From the IMG/VR virus record IMGVR_UViG_3300045988_147865, positions 1 to 63,626 of that record: a stretch of 63,626 nt of DNA; one strand, given 5' to 3'. The stretch's first letter is position 1, and the number at the start of each line of letters is the position of its first letter. The notes below the pieces were generated by a model. That model saw nothing but the letters and a program-made list of their open reading frames with translations. It did not search any database and was not told the origin of the DNA. The position numbers were made by a program, and so were the translations under genes. Below are positions 17,858 to 28,250 of this stretch, in pieces. This DNA comes from a virus.

Positions 17858-18202
17858 CTACTTGTTTCGTTTCAATCTTTTCTTGATAAACTCCTTAACG
17901 TCCCATTTCTTGAAGAAATGGCTATGGTCCCCAGCGTTCCCCACACTCTCCAGCTCCCCATCTGCAATGGCCCTTCTTAGAGTAGATTCGCTGATATGAG
18001 CCTCCTTCTTTACCTGACCTGCAGTCATATAAGGATTCAGCATGAACGGAATCTGTTCACAAAGATTGTCCAGATCGTCATCGCTCATACCGCAAGCCGT
18101 AACCTTCTCCCCATTCTTCTGCTGTTCTGCTGCCTTAAAGCAAGCATCGCTCAATGATTTCAATGCCCATCCCAGGGTATCATAATTCAGTACCTTCTTC
18201 AT
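17858..18202 (-). CDS. Excisionase/MerR-like HTH DNA-binding protein.
   Basis: MTAGQVKKEAHISESTLRRAIADGELESV resembles an HTH_17-type motif. Confidence 0.5.
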   Translation of the reverse strand: MKKVLNYDTLGWALKSLSDACFKAAEQQKNGEKVTACGMSDDDLDNLCEQIPFMLNPYMTAGQVKKEAHISESTLRRAIADGELESVGNAGDHSHFFKKWDVKEFIKKRLKRNK

Positions 18203-18269
18203 AAGTCTTCTTTTTCAATATTATTCCTAAAAATATCTGTTATTCTCCGATTATCTCCAGCATTCTCTA

Positions 18270-18776
18270 TCAGGAGCAAATCTTTCTGCCCATCTTCGTT
18301 TCATTAACAAACATTTTAGCAAAGCTATACAAATAGAATATAGCTGTCACGGCCATGACCGTAAAGCATGAATCCACCATATCTTTAGTTGTGTACCAAT
18401 TCCACTCTACAATATGAGCCGCATTGATACCTAAGAAGTATATAAATGGAATGCGATACCGCTGGCACAAGAAGAAAAATCTACTTGCCAGTATCGTCAC
18501 CATCGGCAGGACGTAAACCATGAAATAAATAAAGATATAGCAAGGCATATTTTCATTATAGGGGATAAACATCTCACGGGGATGCTGAGAGAACTCCCAT
18601 ATTCCATAAGCGTGAAAGCACATAATAATGATAGGCACATACTTACAAAACCATCTGAAAAACTTCAATATTCTTCTGCTATACCGATTACCATGCTTCT
18701 TAAGCATATTCATCAGTTCCGTCACATCAATGTCCTTTATCAACCGTTGGACTTCGGCTTCCTGTTCTTGTGTCAT
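18270..18776 (-). CDS. Multi-TM membrane protein.
   Basis: 168 aa with about 4 hydrophobic helices. Confidence 0.5.
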   Translation of the reverse strand: MTQEQEAEVQRLIKDIDVTELMNMLKKHGNRYSRRILKFFRWFCKYVPIIIMCFHAYGIWEFSQHPREMFIPYNENMPCYIFIYFMVYVLPMVTILASRFFFLCQRYRIPFIYFLGINAAHIVEWNWYTTKDMVDSCFTVMAVTAIFYLYSFAKMFVNETKMGRKICS

Positions 18777-18987
18777 GATAAAATCTCCTTTTGTCTATAG
18801 TTTATTGTTCACGTTCTTGATAAAATTAAAATCTGTGGCAAAATTACATCTTTTTGCTCAAATCAATTCATTTTGAGCAAAATTTTAAAGTTAAACTTTG
18901 CTAAAGTAACAATCCGTAAGCAATATTGCAACATATTTATAGTTATTTTATGTAAGTAAAAGAGTATTAATCATTCAAAGCAAAATT

Positions 18988-19284
18988 ATGAGCGGCAAAG
19001 AATTAAGAGAATTATTGGCATCAAATGGCATTTTGCAAAAAGACATTGCAAAAGCACTCAACATTACACCTGGAGCATTTAGCCAATTTTTGAGGGCTAA
19101 AGATATAAAGACTAGCTTATTGGAATCTATTTGTGAAGTGCTTAATGTAAAAATGGACTTCTTCTACAAAGGAACTAAATATATGGATAGTTATATTGCG
19201 TTTCAATTGGAAGATTACAAGAAACTTTCTGCACAGATGGACAAAATCCAAAAGGCATTTGAAAAGATAGATAGTAAGTTATGA
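18988..19284 (+). CDS. XRE-family HTH regulator (Cro/CI-like).
   Basis: LRELLASNGILQKDIAKALNITPGAFSQFLRAK is a classic XRE HTH. Confidence 0.7.
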   Translation: MSGKELRELLASNGILQKDIAKALNITPGAFSQFLRAKDIKTSLLESICEVLNVKMDFFYKGTKYMDSYIAFQLEDYKKLSAQMDKIQKAFEKIDSKL

Positions 19285-19308
19285 TAGCATTTCTGCTTAA
19301 CTTATAAA

Positions 19309-19340
19309 GAGAGTGCGCCATGGATCCATGGCGCACTCTC
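19309..19340. terminator. Perfect 32-bp palindrome between convergent genes (bidirectional terminator candidate).
   Basis: gagagtgcgccatgga|tccatggcgcactctc. Confidence 0.6.
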
Positions 19341-19372
19341 AATTAATATTTACGAAGTCAGCGACTTAGAGT

Positions 19373-19582
19373 TCAAATGCAACTCTTTACGAGCCAACCT
19401 ATTGTTATCACGATGCCGTATCTCACCACATCCTCCCATTCAAATCGCTCCAAATGATAGCGAAAAAACTGATATATCTCTCTCGCTATCATTAAGGTGT
19501 AGGCTACCCAACCAATTATGAGGGTAACCATAAACCAGAGGAGTAAGCCGAGAATGTCTCGGCTGTTGATTTTTCTCCACAT
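19373..19582 (-). CDS. Small membrane protein.
   Basis: 69 aa with two hydrophobic helices. Confidence 0.4.
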   Translation of the reverse strand: MWRKINSRDILGLLLWFMVTLIIGWVAYTLMIAREIYQFFRYHLERFEWEDVVRYGIVITIGWLVKSCI

Positions 19583-19626
19583 AGTGCTTCTGTTCCTAAA
19601 AGGACGTAAACTCTGTGACTTAGAGC

Positions 19627-19824
19627 TTACTCCCTATACTTTGGTTTCTCATACACCAAGTTATGCTCATCTACGTAAGCCTTTGCTTCTGAGTATTTGT
19701 CAAACTCTACTGCGGTGGAATTCTCTGCTGGGAATACATCTGCATTGTCACCTTCCTCTGTGAGAGGGAACACCATCTTGGTTCCCTCATGTACTACCTT
19801 GTACTTCTTAGTTAGCTTATTCAT
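19627..19824 (-). CDS. Small hypothetical protein.
   Basis: 65-aa ORF directly downstream of the fibre genes. Confidence 0.4.
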   Translation of the reverse strand: MNKLTKKYKVVHEGTKMVFPLTEEGDNADVFPAENSTAVEFDKYSEAKAYVDEHNLVYEKPKYRE

Positions 19825-19856
19825 ATCTTTTATTTTAGAGTTAAACTTATGATACC

Positions 19857-20816
19857 TTATGCAGGATTGATAGAGACTGAGTAGCCTTTACTCTGCAAAG
19901 TCTGTACTGCCGCATCAGAGGCAGAGGTACGAGTACCTGTAGCAGATATAATCTTTTCCCAACTTGGCGTAGAAGAAGTAATATTGCTCTGGCACTTTGC
20001 TAAATCAATAAGCATCTTGTCTATGTTGTCAATCTTAGGAGAATTGTTTATAGCAAACGCCTTACTACTAGCAGGTCTTTCTGACCATGTAAAATTACCA
20101 TTAGTTAGCTGTGTAAATATAACATTTGCTGGAAGTTGTGACAAATCTCCTACTGAATTGTATAATTCTAAGTAAGCAAGTGATGCCATCTTTGCCAAAG
20201 AAGATACATTTCCTGATACGCCAGCAGGCAAGTAGAGTGTTTGCAAACTTGCTAAATCTGAAATCTCAGACAAATCACCCTCAATCTTTGAATCAGGAAA
20301 ATTTAGTTCGATAAGAGAAGTTAGCCTACTCAAATCAGAAAGTTTACCTGTACAGTTATATGATGAAAGGCTAAGATTCGTAAGACCAACTAAATCTTTC
20401 AAACAAGACACATCTCCAAAAGACTTTTGAGATTGAGACCATAAAAATGTTAATCCGTTAGAATACTTGAAGTCTTCAATATTTATAGAGGCATTATTAG
20501 AATAGCCTTTAAATACAACAATACTATATTTATCAGCAATAGAAACCTCATAATCACCATTGCTAAAGTAAACATCAGAACTTATATTTGCCGGTATTAC
20601 TATTGATTTACCTTTGTTCTCAGACAAATTAGAATCAGTAATATAGCCATCACCGATTATCCTTACTTCGCAATCCTTATTAAAATTAAAAGTAATCAAC
20701 TGACTAGCTGCTGTAGGATTTGCAGCAGATGTTACTTTAAATCTCATTTCTCCCAATTTTAAAATAGCATTGTTGTTAACGCTGCCATTTAGCTTTGTTA
20801 CTAAACATTTATTCAT
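19857..20816 (-). CDS. Leucine-rich-repeat receptor-binding/tail fibre protein.
   Basis: About 22-aa repeats: LTNLSLSSYNCTGKLSDLSRLTSLIELNFPDSKIEGDLSEISDLASLQTLYLP... Confidence 0.6.
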   Translation of the reverse strand: MNKCLVTKLNGSVNNNAILKLGEMRFKVTSAANPTAASQLITFNFNKDCEVRIIGDGYITDSNLSENKGKSIVIPANISSDVYFSNGDYEVSIADKYSIVVFKGYSNNASINIEDFKYSNGLTFLWSQSQKSFGDVSCLKDLVGLTNLSLSSYNCTGKLSDLSRLTSLIELNFPDSKIEGDLSEISDLASLQTLYLPAGVSGNVSSLAKMASLAYLELYNSVGDLSQLPANVIFTQLTNGNFTWSERPASSKAFAINNSPKIDNIDKMLIDLAKCQSNITSSTPSWEKIISATGTRTSASDAAVQTLQSKGYSVSINPA

Positions 20817-20829
20817 ATTTTCTTTTAAT

Positions 20830-23800
20830 TTAAATTAAACCATAATTTTTATCTAGAAAAGCTAACCTGTTCTTTAGCCAATTATATACTCTGATAACAG
20901 AATTATAATATCCTCCAGCAGTAGGTGCTTTATCATAGAACTGAGATATTGGAGCAACATTTTGAACAACGTTTAAAGCCTTAAACTTGTAACGTGCATA
21001 TATACAAGTTTCTCCATTCTGATATTCTTTTTCGTTATTATAATCATCTGTTTGATAACCATAATCTAAAATAGCCCAATTCTCGTTAAAGTAACCTTTT
21101 CTATATGAAGGTGTCTGTGGGAATAATGTAAATTCTTTCTTCAAATTATCATATCCAACAGATTCAAGCCACTTCTTCAACAGACCGATGATGTTATCTG
21201 TAGATAAGATACCATTATTTCTCAACTCCTTGTATCTAGCTTTAATTTCCTCAGAATATAGAGTTTCCAAACCAAGGCATCTTTCTTCACCAAGTATAGT
21301 ACCTTTATCACTATTTGGTAAAACGAATATTCCAGCAGCATGGCTTCCAAATATACTATCTGTATCGTATAGTGTAGGTGTCCAGTGCAGACCATCCCAT
21401 GTGCACCATATCCAGTTCTTAATAAAACCGTCATAATGGTATAGTACTTGTGAAACGATATAATAATCAATAAATGGATTGACTAAGAAAAATGATTCAA
21501 ATGTTTCCTTTGAATTATTTTCCCTAAGCTTTGCTGCAACTGTAGATAGACGAACTATACTATCCTTTACAGATTTACTGAATTTATCTGTATCAGACAA
21601 TTCCTTCGGATTGTCACCATCATACTTGTTGCCATCAATATCCTTAAGAGATTTTGGATTTCTAACTTCAAATTGAGTCCAATCTATATTTCCTCCAAAA
21701 AGAGTAGGATTCCATATAGAACCATCTAAGATAATGTTCTTTGAATTCTTCTTATCGGCATAGTATACCTCCTTAGACTTTTTTAAGTTCCATGTATAGA
21801 TACCCATATCTGTTTCTTTACCATCGTTTGAAACCCATGTGATATTAATAGGGAAACCATCAGGATGGCACTTTGCTCCAGTGAAAAAATCCTTCTTAGG
21901 GCTACCTAGTCCTTCTGAAACGCTGTCGTTAGCAATGGTGTACTCATAAGGATATTGCTGACCAATAGGTCGAGACTGGTATACTTGCTCCATCAACCTA
22001 TAGCCTACAATACACTGACCACGGAAAGCATCAATGTAGTACTTCTTTAAGTGGAAACTATCTTGCGTTGGGAAATCACCAAACTTAATTTCACAACCAT
22101 CATTAATATCAATAGCCATGTTCTTGACATAGTAACCCATAGATGAAGAACCTTGTGCATTTAAGATAACTGGCTTACGGAAGTAGTTTCCATACTTGTC
22201 ATTGTACTCAATCTCGGCTTCAATATCATCTTGCTTTGATGTTGGCAATTTAGGGGCATAAAGTCTTACTTGTGCTGCAATACGAGGGATAGGCAATTCT
22301 ATATGGCTATTCTTGCTGTAATCTGATGGATTATCTATCTTGATACCAGCAGACTTGAAGGCATTGCTCACTTCTGTTGCAGCTTCATCAGACAATTCAA
22401 GGTGTTTAGCGGAAATCTTGTGCTCATGACGAGTACCTTCTGAATCTCTATAGCCAAGAATCTTATCTTCTGCATCTGTTGTGATTTCTGTTCTTCCTTC
22501 AGGGTCATCAATATGAGAAAACTCTGTTGGGATAGTCTCTGATTTAGCGTTGTAGATATAATGGCTACCATCGGTATTTGTTGAAGCAAGAACTTTTCCT
22601 TCTGCATCTTTCTCGACTGCAAGATATTCGTTGTTGTCTATACTGCTTACAGATGAAGCATACTCTTCATCTATCAAACTTTTGCCAAAAACTCTTTCAA
22701 CGTTCTTGTTTTTAGAAATCACTTCCAAGACTTTCTCTGCAACTACTTGCATAGAATCCTTTTGGTAATGACCGCTAGATAACGTGAGTTTAATATTTCG
22801 CAAATCAACATACCCAAACAACTGGTAGTGTTCACATATTGAAATAATACTATTTGCATACTCGTTTGAAACGATTGATGGTATAACAAGTATAATGTTT
22901 GTATGTTTATACTTATCCAAAATGCAGCGAATTAAGAAATCGTAAGCATCTGAAAATTCATTAATGTTCAAATCGTTCAAAGGGCTATCAAAATGCAGTT
23001 CTCCTGCTGGAACGTTTGCCCAAGAAGCATCATTTGTTCCACCATGAATTATAATGTATTCTGGGTTTCCTAGTTCAGTATGACGGGTTATGAATGAACT
23101 AGCATCAGTTCCAGACACCTTTGCTCCTGAAAACGAATTGTTAATCTCCAATGTTGCATTTATAGTGTTAAGCAGTATATCCCACCATGTCTGTTTTACA
23201 CTATTTACGTCATTGTTCACATTTGGATAATATGAAATATTTTGAGGAGGGATATACCCTTCAAATGTAGAAAGACTATCTCCCAATATTGATATTTTCT
23301 TTTTTCTTAAATCTACTTTGTTTTCAGCAAACAATTTAATTATGTCAGACTTGATAGCTTCAATATCATCAAGCCACTGAGCCTTGGCTGCCCAACAAGT
23401 ACCATCTTGCTGAATACCAAGAAGGGGATGATTAGCTGCATCAAGAATTACCCAAAGGAATTCCTCGCTCTGTGATATGTGGTACATATCATTCTGAGGG
23501 AAATATGGTTTACCAGAGTCTCTGTAGATTCCAAAGAGAAGTCTACCCTCAAAATCTATTACTGCATGGATAAACTCCTCATTCTCGATTACCTTGAAGC
23601 ACTTTTTTACTTCATCTTCAATGAGAGACTTGCCTTCTTCTTTGTCTACCTTACCTTCCTGCAATACTGCGATGCTTGCAGACAACTCTTTCTTGGCAGC
23701 ATTAATAGCTTCAAGAATATCTGTCTTATCTTGCTGGCACTGATTGATAATCTCTTGCAACTTGGCTCTGATTGGTGCAGGAATACCCTTGCCCCACTCA

Positions 23801-24531
23801 ATGGAACCATCAAGCTGGATTCCAAACAAGAAGTGGTCTTCTGCATCTACTATTGCCTTGATAAACTCAGGAGACTCAATCTCCCTGAAAGGAAGAGCAA
23901 ACTGGGAGACTACTTTATCCTCTGAATCACCGAACTCTTGGACAACACTCGCCTTGTCGAACTTCTTAGCAAGCTCGTCATCAACACGCTTATTGTCTGC
24001 CTTCTTAGCCAATGCCTCATTTACATAACTCTGGTTAGCCTTAAGATTCAATGCATCATTCAAGGTCTTCTGGCTTACAACCTTATTGGTGTTCCCGCCC
24101 AACTCCTGAGCCACTTCCAGCAAGGTTGTGTTTACCCAGCTGCTGCCATTCTCAGAATAGAGCACATTGATGCCCTGAGGTACTACGAGATCACCAAAGT
24201 TTTTATACGTACCAGCTATGGTCGCAAAATAATACATCTTGGCACCGATAGCCTTAGCTGGCACAGTGTCAAGACTAGCCACGCCCATATACGTAGCACC
24301 TCTTACGAGCTTAAACTTTTCTATGATATTCGTTATCAACTCGTCCCAATAGCTATCCCTCTCGGCATTTACACACCAAGTTCCTCTGTCTGCATTCCAG
24401 TAATGAGCCCAACCGTCTATCACCACAAAGTCACCGGCAACACCTCCTGTAGGGAACTTTCGGTTCACCTCATAGATGCTGCCATATTCTCCCTTGTAGT
24501 GAGGATCTTCTTTATTAATATCGTTAGCCAT
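20830..24531 (-). CDS. Tail fibre/spike with a central SGNH (GDSL) esterase domain and a C-terminal CotH-like domain.
   Basis: ISILGDSLS (about 23270-23296) and HGGTNDASW (about 23040-23066). C-terminal WDGLHWTPTLYDTDSIFG (21345-21400) resembles the CotH DxD..FG motif. Confidence 0.65.
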   Translation of the reverse strand: MANDINKEDPHYKGEYGSIYEVNRKFPTGGVAGDFVVIDGWAHYWNADRGTWCVNAERDSYWDELITNIIEKFKLVRGATYMGVASLDTVPAKAIGAKMYYFATIAGTYKNFGDLVVPQGINVLYSENGSSWVNTTLLEVAQELGGNTNKVVSQKTLNDALNLKANQSYVNEALAKKADNKRVDDELAKKFDKASVVQEFGDSEDKVVSQFALPFREIESPEFIKAIVDAEDHFLFGIQLDGSIEWGKGIPAPIRAKLQEIINQCQQDKTDILEAINAAKKELSASIAVLQEGKVDKEEGKSLIEDEVKKCFKVIENEEFIHAVIDFEGRLLFGIYRDSGKPYFPQNDMYHISQSEEFLWVILDAANHPLLGIQQDGTCWAAKAQWLDDIEAIKSDIIKLFAENKVDLRKKKISILGDSLSTFEGYIPPQNISYYPNVNNDVNSVKQTWWDILLNTINATLEINNSFSGAKVSGTDASSFITRHTELGNPEYIIIHGGTNDASWANVPAGELHFDSPLNDLNINEFSDAYDFLIRCILDKYKHTNIILVIPSIVSNEYANSIISICEHYQLFGYVDLRNIKLTLSSGHYQKDSMQVVAEKVLEVISKNKNVERVFGKSLIDEEYASSVSSIDNNEYLAVEKDAEGKVLASTNTDGSHYIYNAKSETIPTEFSHIDDPEGRTEITTDAEDKILGYRDSEGTRHEHKISAKHLELSDEAATEVSNAFKSAGIKIDNPSDYSKNSHIELPIPRIAAQVRLYAPKLPTSKQDDIEAEIEYNDKYGNYFRKPVILNAQGSSSMGYYVKNMAIDINDGCEIKFGDFPTQDSFHLKKYYIDAFRGQCIVGYRLMEQVYQSRPIGQQYPYEYTIANDSVSEGLGSPKKDFFTGAKCHPDGFPINITWVSNDGKETDMGIYTWNLKKSKEVYYADKKNSKNIILDGSIWNPTLFGGNIDWTQFEVRNPKSLKDIDGNKYDGDNPKELSDTDKFSKSVKDSIVRLSTVAAKLRENNSKETFESFFLVNPFIDYYIVSQVLYHYDGFIKNWIWCTWDGLHWTPTLYDTDSIFGSHAAGIFVLPNSDKGTILGEERCLGLETLYSEEIKARYKELRNNGILSTDNIIGLLKKWLESVGYDNLKKEFTLFPQTPSYRKGYFNENWAILDYGYQTDDYNNEKEYQNGETCIYARYKFKALNVVQNVAPISQFYDKAPTAGGYYNSVIRVYNWLKNRLAFLDKNYGLI

Positions 24532-24537
24532 AAAATA

Positions 24538-25263
24538 TTATATTTGAGATAATTGGTTATACTTTTCTGCCAAATCACTTTCCTTCTTACTTACCAGGAA
24601 GATGCTGATGGCACGATAGATAAGATATTTCTTGCATTCATCTGTCAGGGAAAGGATGATCTTCTGGTCGGTCACTTCCTTTTCATGCCCAGCATCAGTA
24701 GAATACACATTCTCTAACTTTTGATAAGGGATATACGTGAACAGTTCAACCTCATGATCATATACAGCTCCAACAGGTGCATGGTTGGCATCATACCTTC
24801 CGGCAGTCCAGTACATCAGCACTCGCTTTCCTGTAGTTGGCGATGTGGTAATCATGCCCTTTGGCTTCTGGGGCGTTCCCCTGGTCCACCGGGAGGCTTG
24901 CATCTGAGCCTCCTTGCTGCCCGGTTCCATCAGCATAGTCAGCGTGCTTTGCCAACTTCGTAGCCTCAACTCTACAAGTCTCAGCCAGTCTTCTGGAATA
25001 GTCAGACAACCATGACCATCTGTAAACTGTGTCTGGATGGCATCATAATCCTGCTTGCCGCTTTTGTTCAGCGAAACGCTCACCCTTTTGGGGAGAATCA
25101 TTTGCGCCGGTGCTTGCAGCAGAATCTGTTGAGCTGCCGTTTCAATGGCTTGCTTCATTTCCGTGTCCGAATCATCTGTAATGATGTCATTCACCTCATC
25201 ATGGATCACTTCGTCCATAGCTATGCGCATTTCCTTCACAAGGTCACTCATCAATGCTTCCAT
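24538..25263 (-). CDS. Hypothetical head/neck-module protein.
   Basis: 241-aa ORF between the capsid genes and the fibre. Confidence 0.55.
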   Translation of the reverse strand: MEALMSDLVKEMRIAMDEVIHDEVNDIITDDSDTEMKQAIETAAQQILLQAPAQMILPKRVSVSLNKSGKQDYDAIQTQFTDGHGCLTIPEDWLRLVELRLRSWQSTLTMLMEPGSKEAQMQASRWTRGTPQKPKGMITTSPTTGKRVLMYWTAGRYDANHAPVGAVYDHEVELFTYIPYQKLENVYSTDAGHEKEVTDQKIILSLTDECKKYLIYRAISIFLVSKKESDLAEKYNQLSQI

Positions 25264-25283
25264 ATCGCAAGAAAATTATATTA

Positions 25284-25661
25284 TTAAAACTCAATCACCA
25301 CGCCCAACTCTTTAGCCTTCTCCTTCACACTCTGAGGTGATTTCAGTTTCCTTACATCTACCTTATATGTCTTCTGGAGATAATTCTTGGCTTTGGTGAT
25401 GTTTTCGAAATGAAGGGCATTCTCGTCCTTCACCTGCTCTTCTTTTTGTTGCTGAATCTGCACCTCTTCCGGCTGGCTCTCATCAATGATACGTCCTGCC
25501 TTCGTAAGAGGGTGCTTCCTGATGCATTCTGCCACCTGCTTGTTATCCGTAATGTACGAATAAGCATCGTTGCTGCACCGCTCAAACTCAATGTTCTTGA
25601 TCAGTCCGCTCGGCAGAGTCACCACAAAGATGAGCATGCTCTTAGCTACAAATCTATACAT
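25284..25661 (-). CDS. Hypothetical protein.
   Basis: 125-aa ORF. Confidence 0.5.
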   Translation of the reverse strand: MYRFVAKSMLIFVVTLPSGLIKNIEFERCSNDAYSYITDNKQVAECIRKHPLTKAGRIIDESQPEEVQIQQQKEEQVKDENALHFENITKAKNYLQKTYKVDVRKLKSPQSVKEKAKELGVVIEF

Positions 25662-25683
25662 ATCTATTTGTGTTTATGGTGAA

Positions 25684-25717
25684 GGGATAGCGAGGCTGCA
25701 TTAGCCTCAACTATCCC
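25684..25717 (-). terminator. Nested hairpin after the capsid gene.
   Basis: gggatag...ctatccc enclosing gaggct...agcctc. Confidence 0.45.
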
Positions 25718-25761
25718 CTAGATTGATATATGTAGAAAACTATCAGTTTCCTATACGATGA

Positions 25762-27327
25762 TTACGCTGCCTCCTGAATCTCCTCATCTGTAACACCATC
25801 ACCAGTGAAGACTGGTCGGGCTACACGCGCATGAGCATCAGGGAAGGTCAGTACCCAGCAGCTATACTCCTCCATCACAACACCAGCAGTGTTACGAATC
25901 AAGAGATCCTTAGCGTTAAACTCATTTCTGGTCCATGTGCCGAATACATACTTATCCAGATAACGAGCATCCAGGCAGAAAGCTCTACCATCCATACCCC
26001 AGGAGTTAAAAGCATCGTGACGATAAATCAGAATCTTAGTACCCATACTCTCAAACTTCTCGAAGTCAAGTTTCCATCCCTGGTAGTCCTTTTCTGTCTG
26101 GGTAATGATACGCTTGTTTGATCGAAGGTTAGCAAATGCCTGATAAATCAAGTTGTCAACAAAGAGGAGTTTGGTACGGCTAGAGTTACCTGCGCCCTTC
26201 AACATAGCAGCAATAAACTGAGTCAACTCTTTCTCGCTAATCACATACTCGTATACCTGCTTCACAACCTCAGTTGTACCATCAGAGTTTGTAACCTTTA
26301 CCTTTGTTGTTACAGGAACAAGATCGCCTTTATCGTTCTTTTGCATCTTTGGCTCCCAGTGACCTAGTTGTAAATCCTTTCCAGCTTCCCAGAAGATGCC
26401 TCCCATAGTGTATACCATACCGACATCCTTTCCACCCTGCGACTGAGAACGATACCCAAAGAGACCACTCAACTCCTGACCCTGACGCATATCATCCATC
26501 GCCATTTTCTCCTGTCTGGTGAAGTCCCACTGAACCTGGGTCTTCATCATACGGTCAATAAGAGATTCCTCTACCTGCATGATGAATCGCTGGCAATACT
26601 GGAAGCTCTTGTCAGGCATAGAATAGTAACTACCTGTTTCAACCTCCTTTTCTCCAGCGGCTCTACCAAGTCGCATCACTACTGTTCCAATGGCAATATC
26701 CTCAGGAATGTCTCTGTTACCACGTGATACATTCTTTTTGCCGTTCAGTGCATAACAGGTTGGATTACCATCGTTGTCAACAGACGTAACTCGCAACTGC
26801 AGAGGAATCATCTTGCTTCTGTCGGTACCATTATCATCATAACCCAGCATGCCGTTAACCATGATAATATCACCAATACCAAACACAGTAGGATTTTCTA
26901 CCTTAAATGTCACAGATCCACCACTTGTTGTTTTAGTAACTTTCTCTGTAAGTTTGGTTTTGATTGGGCGTTGACCGATGGAATAGTAATAAATGATGTT
27001 ACTATCGATTGGAGTCATGCGTTTAGAGGCACGCAAAATCTGGTCAATAGGACAACTCTCCAACTTCATTTCAACCACGGTTGGGTTAACATGTGCTACA
27101 TAGTAGTCCCAGTTATCCATTTTCTCCTGCTGTTCCTTACTAGCAGCCGCCCATTTAGGGCCAGTACCAGCACCACCGGGACCTTCCAAAGGACCTGTCG
27201 GACCACCGCCACCTTCACCAGCCGGAACTGCTGGAGCCGTTTCTGCCATTGCATAAGAGCTTCCACCACTAAGAATCATGACGAGCATCGCCATCATGAA
27301 ACCAAACCATTTCTTAAACTGTTTCAT
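25762..27327 (-). CDS. Putative major capsid protein.
   Basis: 521 aa, directly downstream of an acidic scaffold-like gene and followed by a hairpin. Called from position and size only. Confidence 0.5.
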   Translation of the reverse strand: MKQFKKWFGFMMAMLVMILSGGSSYAMAETAPAVPAGEGGGGPTGPLEGPGGAGTGPKWAAASKEQQEKMDNWDYYVAHVNPTVVEMKLESCPIDQILRASKRMTPIDSNIIYYYSIGQRPIKTKLTEKVTKTTSGGSVTFKVENPTVFGIGDIIMVNGMLGYDDNGTDRSKMIPLQLRVTSVDNDGNPTCYALNGKKNVSRGNRDIPEDIAIGTVVMRLGRAAGEKEVETGSYYSMPDKSFQYCQRFIMQVEESLIDRMMKTQVQWDFTRQEKMAMDDMRQGQELSGLFGYRSQSQGGKDVGMVYTMGGIFWEAGKDLQLGHWEPKMQKNDKGDLVPVTTKVKVTNSDGTTEVVKQVYEYVISEKELTQFIAAMLKGAGNSSRTKLLFVDNLIYQAFANLRSNKRIITQTEKDYQGWKLDFEKFESMGTKILIYRHDAFNSWGMDGRAFCLDARYLDKYVFGTWTRNEFNAKDLLIRNTAGVVMEEYSCWVLTFPDAHARVARPVFTGDGVTDEEIQEAA

Positions 27328-27367
27328 AATCTATACATTTAAAATTATTAATTATAAATTTCTAATT

Positions 27368-28180
27368 CTACATTCCAACCATCTTGCTGTACACCTGTTC
27401 TGTACGGCTCTTTTCCTTTGGAAGTGATGGTGCACCACCGCCTCCATCGATGTTGATGTTCTTCTTGCCGCCCTGCTTGCCATCATGCAGTTGTTTCTGC
27501 TGGTCAATCTTCTCGTTTTTACCACGCTTGTAGCCTCGCTCTTCTGCATCAGACACAGCCTTGTCGAAGTCCTTGATTTGAAAGAGGCGCAAGAAGTCTT
27601 CCTTCTTCAAGCCATACCGAGCTGCACGCCATATGAAACCATCATCATCGTGATCCTCGCCATCATCGCTACGCTTGTAAAGCCATTCTATCAAATCGGT
27701 AATCGCCTCAGGCTTCAATTTCGCTTCTTTAATAGCTGCGTCAAGTTCGGCATCTTCCTGCTCCATATTGGCAGCAAGTTGCTCATTGTCCTTTGCTAGT
27801 TTCTCGCTGGCTTCAAGTTTCTCTTTCTCGCTAGCTTTCAAGCGTGCTTTAGCCTTCTCGTCACCATTGATGGCATCAACATAGTCCTGACCCAACTCAT
27901 CAATAATGAAATCGATAAAATTGAAGTCGCTGCCATCTGCATTTTTCTTTGTTACAAGACCTGTCACCAGACTTGGAGCATGAGGGTTGTCTTGCAGCAT
28001 TTTATTGAAGTCATCCATTTTTTGCTTATTCTGGTCATACTGGTCGTAATCGGTCGAAAGTTGACCATAAACAGCCTCATCATCATCCATATTCAAGTCA
28101 GGATAACGCTGAGCAAGACGCTCTCTGAAAGAATCTCGCTTTGACTTAACATTCTGATTATCAATAGTTTCTTTTGCCAT
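27368..28180 (-). CDS. Putative scaffolding protein.
   Basis: 270 aa, highly acidic and helical (E/D/K-rich). First gene behind late motif copy 3. Confidence 0.5.
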   Translation of the reverse strand: MAKETIDNQNVKSKRDSFRERLAQRYPDLNMDDDEAVYGQLSTDYDQYDQNKQKMDDFNKMLQDNPHAPSLVTGLVTKKNADGSDFNFIDFIIDELGQDYVDAINGDEKAKARLKASEKEKLEASEKLAKDNEQLAANMEQEDAELDAAIKEAKLKPEAITDLIEWLYKRSDDGEDHDDDGFIWRAARYGLKKEDFLRLFQIKDFDKAVSDAEERGYKRGKNEKIDQQKQLHDGKQGGKKNINIDGGGGAPSLPKEKSRTEQVYSKMVGM

Positions 28181-28234
28181 AAATATTCATTTTTAATATT
28201 TGTGTGCTAAATTAAGGAAAATTTCGCATTACTT

Positions 28235-28250
28235 TGTGATAAGTTCTGCA
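28235..28250 (-). promoter_or_regulatory. Late-operon motif, copy 3 (degenerate).
   Basis: The - strand reads TGCAGAACTTATCACA, 55-70 nt upstream of ATG 28180. Confidence 0.4.

Noticed and set aside
19857-24531. A diversity-generating retroelement acting on the fibre or LRR genes.
   Set aside because: No reverse-transcriptase ORF occurs anywhere in the 63.5 kb. I saw no template/variable repeat pair with adenine-specific mismatches.
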